From: Obrimoposthia wandeli
Lineage: Eukaryota
Direction: 5' to 3'
DNA: 64,000 bases
Assembly (NCBI GenBank): GCA_977020255.1
Contig: CDROCS010002783.1
Span: 1-64,000, forward strand
Made by a program: the position numbers and the translations under genes. The notes below the pieces were generated by a model, which ran no database searches, was not told where the DNA came from, and saw only the letters and a list, made by a program, of their open reading frames with translations. The stretch's first letter is position 1. Every line of letters begins with the position of its first letter. Of the stretch, positions 23,701-36,681 are shown piece by piece.

Positions 23701-25083
23701 TGCCAAAAATTGAACTCTTGATGAGAAAATAATAAAAGCTTATGTAAAAAAGTATTGGAATTATCGACCGAATTGGGAATAAGTAATTAATCTTTACCTT
23801 CACTATTTACTTTCAAATCCATTTGTTTATATACGTATTTTTTAGTTATTTATAAAACTTAATAATTTTTTTCTTAACATTTTTGAAATACGTACGTTAT
23901 AGTTTTACATAGAATCCGTTTAATCTTGAATCATTGGGTCAGATTTTAGCTTTGATCTCTTTCTAAAAACTGCTTCTAAATTCGGATATTCTGGCCAACG
24001 TTGTACTGCATTATCAACTGAATTTGCGATTAGTAACTGAAAATATAGAACCCTACTTGAGATAAAAAGACTGCCATTCTCAAATTCACATTTGTAATTT
24101 GAACCGTATCGAAAATTGTAATAACTACATATTAAAACAAATAATAAATATTTTTTAAATTACATCAAAAGTTGGATTTTATCACGATTAAGTAACATTA
24201 TCAAATTGAAAGCTTTAGCTAGAAGTATAACAATTGTGCAATTTTATATAAAAATAATTTTAATAAAAGCGATTTTATTAAAAAATATATATTAAATTGC
24301 AACATGTATTCGTGTAAAGTAAAAAAATTATCAAGACTCACTTAAAATCAATTTTCGTAATGCACATATTTCTAAAATGTTCTAAATTTACTTTGATTCA
24401 ATTTAAGGTTACTGTAGATTAATACAATCTTTACGTTGTTTTAAATAAGTTAAAACTTATTTTAAATGTTGTGTTATTCTTAAATTCTAATTATATAAAG
24501 TATTAACATAAAACATAGTTATAAAGTATAGCAAAAGTGTAGAATGCCTTCCAAATATTAATAAAACTCAAAATTTGGTTATCATGAAATATCATGCTAA
24601 TTTTAAATTGAAAATTTTCAAAATATATTTTCTTCGTTTATTTCTAGGATATATGTTTAAAATATTTTAAAAAAGTTTCTACTGCAGTTTTTGCTAGCTC
24701 TTACTTTATGATAAATTTAAAACCTTAAATATATATAAATCGAGATAAGCAACTTAAACAAAGAATATATTTCCATTTAATTATATTTTACTAGAAATTA
24801 TGAAATAAAAAAGATTTATTTGGGATTAATGGAAGATATTTGAGACTTATCATGTCTGTTTCGCATTTTAATATCCTTCCTTTAAAATACTTATTTTCGA
24901 ATATTATTATACAATCAGGATATGTATTGTAACCCTTTAGTATCAAATACGATTGAGATAGTGGATTAATATCTTGTGTCTTCATTATTTGATAATCAGA
25001 AATCATTTCTGCTTCACCCATTCAAAGTTCTGAAACAGATCAGGAAGTCTGTAGATGAATATTATTTGACAATGTATCAGACA
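22850..25083. repeat. Right arm (part A) of the inverted duplication
   Basis: Reverse complement of 1-2205; judged by eye as mid-to-high 90s percent identity. Confidence 0.95.
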
Positions 25084-27054
25084 TGAAGTCTAGGTAATCT
25101 CTCCATCACGGACATCCAATCCGAATGCGTTCTCCCAGCATCCACCAATGTCAGAAGAAGCTTAACATATATAATCGGGTAAACTCAGCTCAGCCGGGCT
25201 AGTACCCATTCTCTTTAAATTCCATTCTCTCGTACCTGTGGTTCTTGTTGTCATTTTCAATCATGGCCACTGTGCTGAGCCACTGTCAGAGCTGTAACTT
25301 CACGGTACAGGCCCTTGTTCTCGTCAATATTCCCAGTGACATTGAGCTTTTTGAGTCACTATTCAACTACACCAATCGTAACAAATACCTGTGGGGTCTG
25401 CATCAAGGGCTCCTACAGTGTCTTGTCGGTGAGCCCAGGTTTTGCTATTGTTCTAGTTGTCCAGGCTGGGGATCGACCTCCGTTTACCTGAACCTCTTCC
25501 AGAGGGAGAATGCTTGCACAGGTTTCAGGCAAAATTTGGACACGGAGTATATAATGCTGCATCCATAGAAAAATGTGTTCTGTGTCCTTCTTTCTAAATA
25601 TGTCGCTATCTTCGGCTAGTTGCTCTCTAAAGCATACACCTTCCTGGGCAAAAACTATTTTCGAGAGTAATATGGAGTTATAGCACTCGTTTTTATACGG
25701 TTATTGAATCCATTATTCAGAGATTTCCTGGATACGCCCTGAAGAAGATGATCGATACCATTGTTTAGTTTGTTGCTTGAAATATAGATGTTTGAGTAAT
25801 TCAGAAAAGATTAAAGTTACATCATAATTTGATATATTATGAAAGTAAATGGGAATAAAACTGTGATAAAATTCCGTTGCTTCAATAGTACACTGACGAT
25901 GATAGTATCCCTTAATTCACCATTGAAATGAGCATGATAACGATCAATCACGTAACCTTCTTTGAATCATTTTCACAATAATAGCGAAAACAATATCCGA
26001 TTCTATTTTTTATTTATTTCCTTCATTGGGATATTATTTGAACTTGAGATCCACACTAGTTTCTTGAAAATGATTGCTAATTGACACAAGAATTTTATAG
26101 CTGCATCTTTCCATTATATTCATAATATTGGTCTTTGATTAATTCAGGGTATTCAAATTTTCCTTGTAGTTGATATGAAATTATTTATTGGGTGAACTTT
26201 GTGCCGTCTTGGTTAAATATTTCAAAATCAGCATAAAGCCTAAATGGTACCTTGTTTTCAACCCAAAATTTATTGAATTATAGATAATCCTCCATTGGGA
26301 ATATGGATATAGTGCATGATTGTTCCCACAGATTTTCCTGGGAAACTCAACTTTCTTCTCACCTCTAAATGAACCCATGCAATTAAAACAAGCATGTACA
26401 ATGTTTCGAAACTGACAAATGTAGTTACGTTTATTTTGAAAAAGAGATAATGGCTCCTGTGCAATAAGATGCTTCACCAAGTCTTTTCGCCGATTGTTGT
26501 GATTACTTGATGGTTGTAAAGAATCTTTATTTTACTAATCTTTTTGTGGTCATCAATCTCGAATATACTCACTTGGATCGTTGGCTTTTGCTTATTGAAT
26601 TTTCGAACTTAAGACATGGTCCTTCAGACTTGTTTTGCATTGAATAAGAATAATTTGCGAGTTGTTATTTCCTAAAGTGTTTTTTCTCTCAGTAACTCAT
26701 TGTTTTATCATGACTCTTCATCCTTGTATATCGTATATAAGTGTATGCATGTCGTGTTTGTACCTTCAGTTTGACCCTTCGTGTACAAACCAAGTATTTC
26801 CTATTTGAATTTAAATGTTTCTCCTTTTCTTTCTAACTCCTTGAAATCATCCAGTAATTCACGAAATTCTATGCCTGTATTATTCTCTGATGATATTCCA
26901 ATAGTACACTTCTCTTTGTTAATCCATTTCGTTTCCTCATTCCTTCTTCTTCCATTATTCGCTCCTCTAATTCAAGGCATTCAGGACTACAAATCTTTCG
27001 AAAATTACCATGGTAAAGATATAACGGGGTACTTGATTGCCCTGGAAAACCGAA

Positions 27055-27309
27055 CTACCGAAGCCAATGATGGTCATGGAGGAAACTGGACAATACTCTG
27101 GAAAACGTACACAAAAACTGAAATCCTTTGTCTAGGACCATCACCCCCAATATATTTTTACAAACAGTAGGACAGTAACCTGCAAATATGATGTGACCTT
27201 CACTGTCTAAAGTGTATCTGCGCCAATGATGTGACGCCAATAAATAGTTACTGCAGAATAATAGAAATATGAATTCAAAATATAAAATCGTCTCTTCTGT
27301 CGCTTCCAT
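27055..27309 (-). other. Possible NHL/beta-propeller repeat fragment
   Basis: LDSEGHIIFAG...VMVLDKGFQFLCTF resembles the NHL pattern (VDSDGNIIVAD...VFDxxGxFLxxF). Single short match only. Confidence 0.3.
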
Positions 27310-27835
27310 ATTTAGGATTGAATAAAAGCCGAACTGGTCATTTGTCTTTTCGAATTAGTTGCCAAAAAAATTTCTGTATCTTTTCGACATTTCAAACACT
27401 TCCAGAAGTTGCTTTTTTAAAATATTACAAAATTTAAGAAGAATGTTTACTGAATCGCACGAATTGGTATTTTACTAGATTGAACTTTGATGATAAACGA
27501 GAAAATAAATAAATTCGACCTACACGTGGATCCACAAAGTTTCATTATCACTCGACATTTTGCAAGACAACGAATTTAATTGAGCTACACTTTATTTTTA
27601 AACAAAACATCAAAGAATGCAAATGAAACAAAAACCAATAGAGATAGAAATGTGGTTAACGAGTCAATAAGAGAAAATCACGAATCAATGACAATCACAA
27701 CTGGAGCTTCCTCGGATTCGTAGGACTAGCTCTGCAGAAGGGACACGCCTCGACCTTACCCCCACACGGCATACATAAAGTATGGCCACATTCAAGCACA
27801 CAATCTTTGAAATTCTTGTTGCATACCCCGCAAAT

Positions 27836-28886
27836 CTAAATGAGGCTATAATAGAAATTACAAGAACAATAAATTACAAAAGACGGCAAAACTGCAGCTC
27901 CTTCTACCACTTCTGGACTCTCTGTGGTACTTTTATTGACCTCGTTGTAATGTAGCTCAATCCTGGATCTTATTTCCTTATCACAACACAGCAATATTGG
28001 CGACATTCCAGTTTGCTCATTTACTCGATCAATCTTCGCTCCTTTATCGATCAAACTGAATATTAGCTGGATTATCTGACCAACTTCTTCACTCTACAAA
28101 ATATAAACGATAAATCAATATACATTTTACTTTTTCACGCTTGTTTAATTTTTTCATCAAAAACGCAACAGCCGTGTCTCCATTTTTGTCTTCCTGATTT
28201 ATATTATTGATGTGTGCCAGAAGATAAAATATTATTTCTGAGAACTCCTCCATCAAAGCCACATGAAGAGGAGTAGATTGGTTGACATCAGATTTGTTCA
28301 CAAGCCCTCTCACACCTTTGACACCCAATAAATCAATGCAGTGTTTCATTTCTCTCATCTTAATTAAGTATGTCAATATGGTGTCGCCTGTCGCTAAAAT
28401 ATTCCATTGCGTAACACTCAACTTCATCAACTTTCTAATAAAGTCCGAGTCGTTGTTCTCAAAGGCAACTAACAGAAATTTATCCATATATCGTTGTTTC
28501 AGGGCATATTCTGTAAAGGTATAAATCTGCTTGACAGTGTTGAATGGGACGATGTCAAAGGCATCGTCAAAGAAGTCGTCAGTAAGAATTGCTGAAATGT
28601 CTTCTTTAGCCATTAGTGGAAGAGCCTCTTCTATCAATTTAAAAAAGCCTTTTTCAATACACATAATAAATGTATCCTTGTTGATGAACTGTAATGCTGA
28701 CTTTGACTGCATAAATGAGAGAGCGATCCTGATCAAATGGAATGGGGAAAAATATCAATGAAATTACTTTTCATTATTCAAATCGAGGGCCTTTTGGAAA
28801 ACTGTGATATTGTTTCTATATTTAGCTCCGATATCAGATCCAAACTGCACCAACACACTGATGGTATCCACTGCTCTTTGCGGAAT
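27836..28886 (-). CDS. Ankyrin-repeat protein; 5' exons not located
   Basis: NQSTPLHVAL, DKNGDTAV, LIDKGAKID, TGMSPILL. In-frame GT-AG introns 28767-28729 (39 nt) and 28130-28094 (37 nt). Confidence 0.8.
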
Positions 28887-31200
28887 CTGGAGAAGGCAAA
28901 TAATCGAATGTCAAAGTATTAAATACATTTTACAATGCACAAGAAATATAATTAATGACGGAAATTTTTATTTTCATTCTCTAAAGGAATTTTAAAATAA
29001 TTTAAAATTTTGAATAAATGTAAACGGTTTAGATATTGTTTTCTAGTTTTGTTTTTATTATTATCAAGCTTTAGGGGTTCAAGAAGGCACTAGAAAACTT
29101 ATTAAAATGAGATGGTTTAATTATTAAAATTAATGCTTAAGTAATGTATGGGTTTCACTCTCACACTTCACTTCACCAGAAATCTTCCTGAAGTTAAGCG
29201 ATGAACTGTAGTGAAAGACAGGTAAAAAGATCCAGGACATCTCTGAACTTTGGTCTGTCTTTCACTCTACAACACTTCCCTTCACTTCAGGGCGAGGGTT
29301 GAGGGTTGAAGCCTGTTGAACTGATCTTTGGGAGGAGACACTTAAAATACTATATATGTACTCAGGAAAAACCAAAATTTGATACATCTACATGTGAAAA
29401 ATCCAATTCTGATGATATTATTTAATTAATATAATGTTCGCTAATTTTAAAGTGTTTTTTGGTGAAAGGAAATCCTCCCTTTTTGTACTCATGCCATTAA
29501 AATAATACTCACAAGTTTATTAGTTTAATTTATTTATTTCAAGTTAATTTTTGAAATCAAATGTTTATTTAAAGGATCTTATTACTTTTGTTTCACTGAA
29601 CTATTTTTAACAGCAGTGCGATAAATTCCAAATTATTACTGTCCTATATAATTTATGTGGCCATGACCTCGGACGAGTTTAACTGTCCTTCCTTGCTGGA
29701 TAGCAATCATGTCACCAATTCATTTTTTGTTTTTATTTGTACTTTAATACAACAAAACTATATAATAACATTTTATTAAACGAAATGTACAGCTCCTTCA
29801 CTAATTTTCAAAATAGCTTCTGATGATTGATCGATTTCACCTTGAGTTCTTGTATGTTTGAATATATAAAATCCAATTGAGTTCAATATCAAACATATTT
29901 TAGCAAAATTGTGATATTCCTTGAATATATTAGTATATCCTCGAATATAGAAATAGTTCCCAATTTAAACGAAACTATTCATCTTTCTGAAAAATTCATG
30001 TATTCCATCAACATTGGATTGTTTGAATTGTGAGATTTCGTAATCAAATTCGGTATTGTATAATGCTACTGGCCCATCAAAGCCATAATTGGTATCTTCA
30101 AAATTTTAATCTGCCAACTATTGTACATAAATTGTTTGCAGAATTTCTTGTTTCTTAACTTATTCGTCTTTGTCGAATAATAGCAATGTTTCAAACATTG
30201 TATTTAGTGATTTAACCGCTTTTAATGTTCTTATCTATTCATGATTAAGATTTATCAACTGAAAGTGTTGCTAACTTATACTTGCGTGCTTGACTCTGTT
30301 AGCCTAATGATTTCAGCATGTTTACAAGTGCAAGGGTTATTCACACTTATAGCTCCGTCAATTATTCCATTTATTTTGTTTAATAATCACTAGGAAATCG
30401 CAGGATAACAGGTTAATAAAGTCAGGATTTTTTACTGTTCTTTCTTTAATAGGATACAATGTGGTAACGTCCATATATTGTCAAGGTACTTTATCAAATT
30501 GGTTAAAAGGTGATGAATCCATGATTTTAGGTAATTTTATTAACCTATGTTATTAATATATAAACTCTATCATAAATAATCTTTCGTCTTGTTGATTTTT
30601 ATTCGAATGAAATTAAAATATTATACAATAATATAAGATAACGTATGTGTAAATACTGCACAAAATGTATTGGAACCCCAGAAATCTGCACTATCAACTG
30701 TTTGTGTCTAATGGCTGATTGTGCTGTTTGCTGAAGCAGCAGTCTGTTATTGCTAAAGTCAAAATATTTACCCAGTGAGGCCAGAAAGGCCAATTGGGGA
30801 ATTTTGCAATTTGAAGTACTTGTTAGTGAGAGTGTTGTTACTGGTGTGTGTGGCTATATTGTCATTGCTTCATCAATGCAGGGATGAAGTTGAAATTGTT
30901 TGGTTACGAAGTAGCAGTTTTTTGTGAACAGATTGTTAATGAAGAATATTATGTTGAATAACGAATAGAAGATTTTATATGACTTCAATCAACCTCGTCT
31001 TCTAATTAGTGAGCGAAGTTGGTGGTACGGTAACTGAAGTAAAGACTACAGCAAGCAAAGTATATAATGTTATTAAAAGGCGAAGTAAGCAAAGCGAAGT
31101 GTTGAACCAGAGGAGCCAGTCGAGCCTTTGACAGAGCAAAATGGCAGTGGACGAAGACATACTATAAACAAATGTCAAAAGGGGGAGTATATTTGCTTAA

Positions 31201-31500
31201 TTATGGCTTGTGATAAATCTGAACTCTGTATATTTGATCGTGCACCTTCACAAGTAGTTGTTGAAATGCTTCTTCAGAAGATATTAATTCAAAAAACGAC
31301 ATTACCGTTTCAGTCACTACAGAGATCCGATGTTGAATATTCAGATTTGAACAATTCTCTCCCAATGTTGAAAATAAAAATACTGGAAGCTGATGGTGGA
31401 GCCCTCGCTGCAGCTGATAATGTAGTCGTAACATATCTTCCACTTCATAGTCGGGTCAGAAGCATTGGAATTTCAGTGAACAATCAATTGTCTTCACACT
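31201..31500 (+). pseudogene. Polinton/adintovirus major capsid protein (double jelly-roll) N-terminal fragment
   Basis: KSELCIFDRAPSQVVVE...YSDLNNS..LKIKILEADG...LPLHSRVRSIGISVNNQLSS matches the recalled Maverick MCP N-terminus (KSELDLF..PPTQ, YxDL, LHSLFSxVxVxLN). Confidence 0.8.
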
Positions 31501-32229
31501 TTAAATTCGAAAAACAATATAAATCTGAACTTGACATTTTTGAAGTTTATTATACACAATTTGAAAATGATCGGTCGTAATTGATATAAAATTACCAAAT
31601 GGTTTTCAATCCCGATGTTCTTATGCATATTTCACGCCAAAGATTTGTAATGCACTTATGTCAATCATTACGCCATAATCTTTAACGATAAATCAACGAA
31701 TTTATTTAATACTGCGATACATTGATCATTTATTCATCATTCCTGGGCATGTATAGCTGCAAAATAATCTCGATAGCACTGTGGATATCTTCATCGAGTT
31801 TTATCCAGATTGTTTATGTCGTTCTGGTCAAAATTGGCTTCAAGGTTGAGAAAGGCAGATCTGGATGTGTTGGTTCTGATTCTATTCTGAATTGACCAAC
31901 CGACTGAGGGAGTTATTATGCGATAAAGATGATTAGAGACGGTTAAATGATTTATATGAGGACATTTGGTGTGGGGAAATAATGTTTAAACAAGTTTGAG
32001 GAAGTCATTTCTATGATTAGTTACGATCTCACACGAGTCCATGAGTTACCTTTTCCCACATGACCAGTGAAATGAAATGACACAGCAAATATCGATCAGT
32101 GTGGTGCATTACAACCCATTTTGCAGTGTACATGTTTTATGGGAGCATTGTCTGACTATTCTCCGAAACTTTAGTTGCTGTCTGTCATGCAGACTTTCTA
32201 AGACTTGCAGATGTCAACTGAGATGTGCT

Positions 32230-33045
32230 AATGGGTAGATGTGGCATTTCTAAGGGGTATGAGTTAGGGTCGTGATGAGGTCAACAAGTAAGTAATTTGA
32301 AATCAAAAAGTAGGTCGAGGTCATGTGATGTAGGTCAAATTTCTCCCGAGAATACATGCTTTTTTCAAGATCATGTAGCTCACACTAAGTCATAATAAGG
32401 TCAAAGTTATGTGACCTCACGAGATCACATTACGTCATACGTAGGTCAAATTTCTCTAGACTACGCATGATATTTCAAGATTTTGACTCATGTCATTTGT
32501 TCTATAGTGCACTTTTATACATCAGTTGAGCTCATTTGCTTACTATGAGCACAAGGTCATCTTATGTTCGGTAATATAGTGTACTCATCACTTGAGCACT
32601 TGTGCTTACTATGAGATCAAGATTATTATAAGGTTATGAGCTCAAGGATATTATAAGATTATGAGCTCAAGGTTATTACGAGGTTATGAGCTCATGTGCC
32701 CACCACGTGCTCAAGGTCAAGGTCTAGGTCATGAGCCCATGTGCTAACTATGAGTTCATGGCTTGAAATGCCTCACATCAGCCAATCATAAGACAGTTAT
32801 TCACACCCACATCAGCAGCTCTGGACAAAGTGGATAAGCTCACAGCATATTCCCGTCATAGAACATCCCATTTTGTTGCTTAGATAATTTCTACAGTTAA
32901 AATATGATGTCCATAAAAGGTTCGATGATTATTCCAATAATGTTTGAAAAACACAATTGAAGGATAATGTTCTTAGATATTTGTCCTACTATCATGTCTT
33001 TCAAACATATACTAAAAGTCAATTAGAAATAAAATATAAATAAAA
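32230..33045. repeat. Left TIR
   Basis: Reverse complement of 39360-40028. Inner ~350 bp is nearly identical; the outer part has short GAGCTCAAGG/AGGTCA subrepeats and indels. Confidence 0.9.
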
Positions 33046-33416
33046 ACTCACCTGAGCAGAATAAATAAATCCATCGTCAATTGTGATTTTCTCTGCCCCG
33101 GCATTCAATTAGCCGCACATACTCCGATACAAGAGAGAGGAATTAACAAGAGAAAATTACGCACTCACACAGATGTGATGAAAATGTCACGTGACTGTAT
33201 GAGTGTGTGATTTATAAGTATTTGCAACTATTTGCATCATCACGTGTACATGATGTTCTTTGTGAATTTTTTCCTACGGCAACTATCACATGTTGAGAAC
33301 ATTTCAACGACTACGAGCACATGGTTACTCACTCAGTCTTGAAGGTTCTTTTAAAGGTACTTCTTTCTGCTGTTTATTTGAGTTGCTTTTTTAAGGAAGT
33401 TTTTTGAGTTGCTTCT

Positions 33417-33495
33417 TCAATAAGTCAGCCCAAAGAACCAACTCGAAGAACTTATTGCTGGTTCTTCGAGTTGGTTCTTTGAGCTGATTTATTGA
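33417..33495. repeat. 35-bp-stem hairpin (2 mismatches, 9-nt loop)
   Basis: tcaataagtcagcccaaagaaccaactcgaagaac / ttattgctg / gttcttcgagttggttctttgagctgatttattga. Confidence 0.9.
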
Positions 33496-33841
33496 TTCTT
33501 TAATATGGTGTTTCGAATGGGGTTCTCTCAAGGGTCTAAAACCTTCCAGGATGGACTTTTAAATGTTTAATCCTTCAAAATTTTATATTTTTATCCTTTT
33601 TAAAATTTTATAATATGCTTGATTAGAACTTGACCAGACCTTCGAAGATGGATCTTCAAAAGTTTATTTTTTTCAAATGTTTAAAAATTATTTTTTTATT
33701 TATTTTGTTTGAATATTCAAAATCTTTTGACGCCAAAATTTTAAAAAATTTCAAATCACTTGTGCATAATTTTCACCATGAACATTTTTGCCTCTGAAAT
33801 TTTTTTTTCAAAACTTTATTATTTTAAAATCAATTACTAAT

Positions 33842-34429
33842 CTAATTACAAAGACTTTCAACATTGGAAAATAAGCAATCATTTTTGAATGCATACTGCT
33901 CACGTACATCCACTTGATTATAATGATGCATATTTATCTTTAAAGTCGGTAAATCATATATTTGATTAGGTAATTCCGATTCATAAAACATTCTTTCAAT
34001 ATCAGCTTCTTTCATACCGTAACTTAATGCTAAACTTTTATTATCAATTTCTAATTTGAAAGCTTGTCCTTTAGTGCGAGTAATACGTATTTTGTCTTCA
34101 TTGCTAAGGTAAATGACATATTTACTATTAGTTGGAGTTATATACTTGACGAAAAATTCTCCATATTTCATTTTCAAACCTGATTCAACTTCAGTTTTTA
34201 TTGATTTCTCCACAACATAATCTATAATTAACCCCCCTTTAATGGATAAAGGAGAATAATAAAATGAAAATTCCGTTAGAGCATCTTCCCAAGCTCCCGG
34301 TAAATTGATTGAGCTTTGATAATCAATTTTGAAACTACTTGCATTATTATCCGGTTGAGTTAATGGCGATCCATTACTTGGTAATACAACATACATTGAA
34401 GTCATTATATTTGAGAAGCTAATATCCAA
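33842..34429 (-). CDS. Polinton minor capsid (penton) protein, N-terminal part
   Basis: MYVVLPSNGS...PDNNASSFKIDYQSSINLPGAWEDALTEFSF matches the recalled penton motif (LPSN..N..S.F..L.G.WEVAL.EI). Confidence 0.8.
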   Translation of the reverse strand: MDISFSNIMTSMYVVLPSNGSPLTQPDNNASSFKIDYQSSINLPGAWEDALTEFSFYYSPLSIKGGLIIDYVVEKSIKTEVESGLKMKYGEFFVKYITPTNSKYVIYLSNEDKIRITRTKGQAFKLEIDNKSLALSYGMKEADIERMFYESELPNQIYDLPTLKINMHHYNQVDVREQYAFKNDCLFSNVESLCN

Positions 34430-35429
34430 CTAGGTTCAGTGTATCCATGCCACTTAACTAGATATTGTTTATGCTTTCCTCGACCCTTTGTTTTCACTAT
34501 TTCTTGAATTCTATATACTTTGGGCTTTGACGGTAATACTTGTAGTTCTTCATGATAAAACTTGCCACTAATTTCATTATTTGTTTCATCTTCAATGAAA
34601 TACATTAGTGGGTTATGACTAGTATCAATTTTAGTTGTTTGGAAAACCTCATCACTCCAATTCTCTTTGAAATTCTTTATAAAAGGAGTAGTACTTATTT
34701 GTGATATTCGAACATAATCTCCAATTTATATTTCGGTTTCTTTACAACCTGTTTTTGATTACGTTGTGACCAAATTTCCATTGCATTTTTATCAGAAATA
34801 TCAACTGGTCTCTTTCCATCTAAGCTTCTATATGGACTATGATTATATGCTCGTATTATTTTGGGTATAACGGTAATCCATCTCTTATTTCCCACTTTAG
34901 TGAAATATCTTTTCAAACGATCTCTCAATGTTTGATCAAACCGTTCTACTAAAGCTGTTTTATATTGAGAAAACACAGAATAATGATTGATACCATGTTT
35001 CTTCAATAAGCCACTAACATTTGTATTGTAAAACTCCTTCCCTTTATCGGTTTGAAAATTAACTGGTTTCACGTCTGAAAATAATTTTTCCATTGCTTTC
35101 AGTACGTCAGAACCTGTTTTAGACTTTAATGGTATAGCTCTTGCTGTTCTGCTGAAAACATCAACACACGTTAAAATATATCGGTATCCATCATTAATAC
35201 GATCATAAGGAATCATTTCCATTAAATCAGCATGCCATAAATCATTAGGTCCGCTAGTCTTGTATGATCTCGTTGGAAAACGACGTCTCATCGGTTTGTT
35301 TAAACTGTACGCTAACTGATTTCCCAGCCATGTTTTGGTTTCCTTTTTTGTCTTCTTCACTTCTTTTGCTAATTTTGAAATTCCAGTATAACCAACGGGA
35401 TGACTTGGATTGAACCATATCTTCTCCAT
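34405..35429 (-). pseudogene. Polinton retroviral-like (rve) integrase with C-terminal chromodomain; one frameshift near 34715
   Basis: WHADL; LTCVDVFSR; FQTDKGKEF; VERFDQTLR; then IGDYVRIS, NWSDEVF, GKFYHEELQ, QYLVKWHGY (chromodomain). Confidence 0.92.
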
Positions 35430-35944
35430 TACAACAGGATGAATTGATTTTTATTTTGAACTTCAGTATAGATGGAAGTGAACTCATACAAAATTAATGT
35501 TTTTAGCTCAAAATACATGTTTATAACCACCATTTTATAAATCTGCTTAATAGAGCCAACTATAGGAACTAGAAAACCAAGAAATCTTCCACTCTGTTTA
35601 TACAATAACTTACGTTTACCAGCTTGTGTTTTAGCTCGAAACATATCAAGAAGTGGCTTTTTATGCTGTTTTAATTTATTTGGATTTTTAACCGATATTT
35701 TACCGGAAACTATTTTCTGGATCATATTTAGCATATCATCAATTACAAACGTAGGAAACGATTTAAGAATAGCAGGTCGTCGATTTGTGGGTGCACGCAT
35801 AAGAAAATTGAAATAGGCAATACTCCTAGATTTCTTATCTGATTTCAGAACAACTATTTGTTTCATATTCTTTCGTTCGTTTAACACTGATTTAAATAAT
35901 GTCTTAGCTTCAGGTTTAATAATTTCCTTTTTGAAAGTCATCAT
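35429..35944 (-). CDS. Polinton basic protein with a QxGG(R)FL amphipathic motif
   Basis: KRKLLYKQSGRFLGFLVPIVGSI. Paralog at 46741-47070 has KQNGGFIGAVIP. Confidence 0.65.
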   Translation of the reverse strand: MMTFKKEIIKPEAKTLFKSVLNERKNMKQIVVLKSDKKSRSIAYFNFLMRAPTNRRPAILKSFPTFVIDDMLNMIQKIVSGKISVKNPNKLKQHKKPLLDMFRAKTQAGKRKLLYKQSGRFLGFLVPIVGSIKQIYKMVVINMYFELKTLILYEFTSIYTEVQNKNQFILL

Positions 35945-36588
35945 CGCGAAACTTGTTTTTTCATTTGTTTATAGATGCTAATACCATTAGGATTGAATAT
36001 ATCAGTTTTAATTCTTAATTCATCGGGACAATCTTGAGTAAAATCAATGAAAATGTATCCATGAGGAGTAGTAGTAGCATCTTGAAATGATTCGATTAAG
36101 AAATTTCTATTATTCGGATAGGCTTGACGTGAAACAAAATCAACAACAGTTTGATCACGTGGATTCTTGAAAAGAACAAAATAATGTACATTTAAATTAC
36201 GAGTTCTATGATTACCACCCTGATGAAATAAATTTTGTGTAATGAAAATAACAGTCACTTCACGATGTTTTGCTATTTTAGTGAATACATTATTGAAATC
36301 ACTCTCTTTATTGGCTTCCTGGTACAAATCATGAATAACAATAACATCATGACGTTGTAATCGATCAGTCCAATTATCATCAAATCCCTTAATGACTTTA
36401 ATATTTTTAATTTTCTTAAACTCAATACTAGTTAAACCAGCTTCTCCATCTCCACCCTGATGCCAATATATCTTATTAAACTTGAATTTAAAATATTTAT
36501 TATTTTGAAGTAATTTACAAATAAAATGGGTTTTCCCACTTCCACTTGATCCTACAATTTGGAAAACCGCATTATTTTTCAATTCCAT
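35941..36588 (-). CDS. A32/FtsK-like packaging ATPase
   Basis: Walker A GSSGSGKT; Walker B VIVIHD (D to H); FITQNLF; LNVHYFVLFKNPRD. Confidence 0.92.
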   Translation of the reverse strand: MELKNNAVFQIVGSSGSGKTHFICKLLQNNKYFKFKFNKIYWHQGGDGEAGLTSIEFKKIKNIKVIKGFDDNWTDRLQRHDVIVIHDLYQEANKESDFNNVFTKIAKHREVTVIFITQNLFHQGGNHRTRNLNVHYFVLFKNPRDQTVVDFVSRQAYPNNRNFLIESFQDATTTPHGYIFIDFTQDCPDELRIKTDIFNPNGISIYKQMKKQVSR

Positions 36589-36681
36589 ATTAAAGGATTA
36601 GTGTAATAGGATAATGTTTATAAGACATAAATATATCAAAAGTAATTTATTATAAAACATAGACAGACTATAAAGAAACAT

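Noticed and set aside
25100-25620. Penelope/GIY-YIG or RT fragment on the minus strand
   Set aside because: Only scattered weak motifs, out of order, with many stops.
28282-28995. Plus-strand ORFs over the ankyrin gene
   Set aside because: Antisense shadows of spliced ankyrin exons.
29775-30110. ~110-codon minus-strand frame with one stop
   Set aside because: Protein-like but no recognisable family or second copy.
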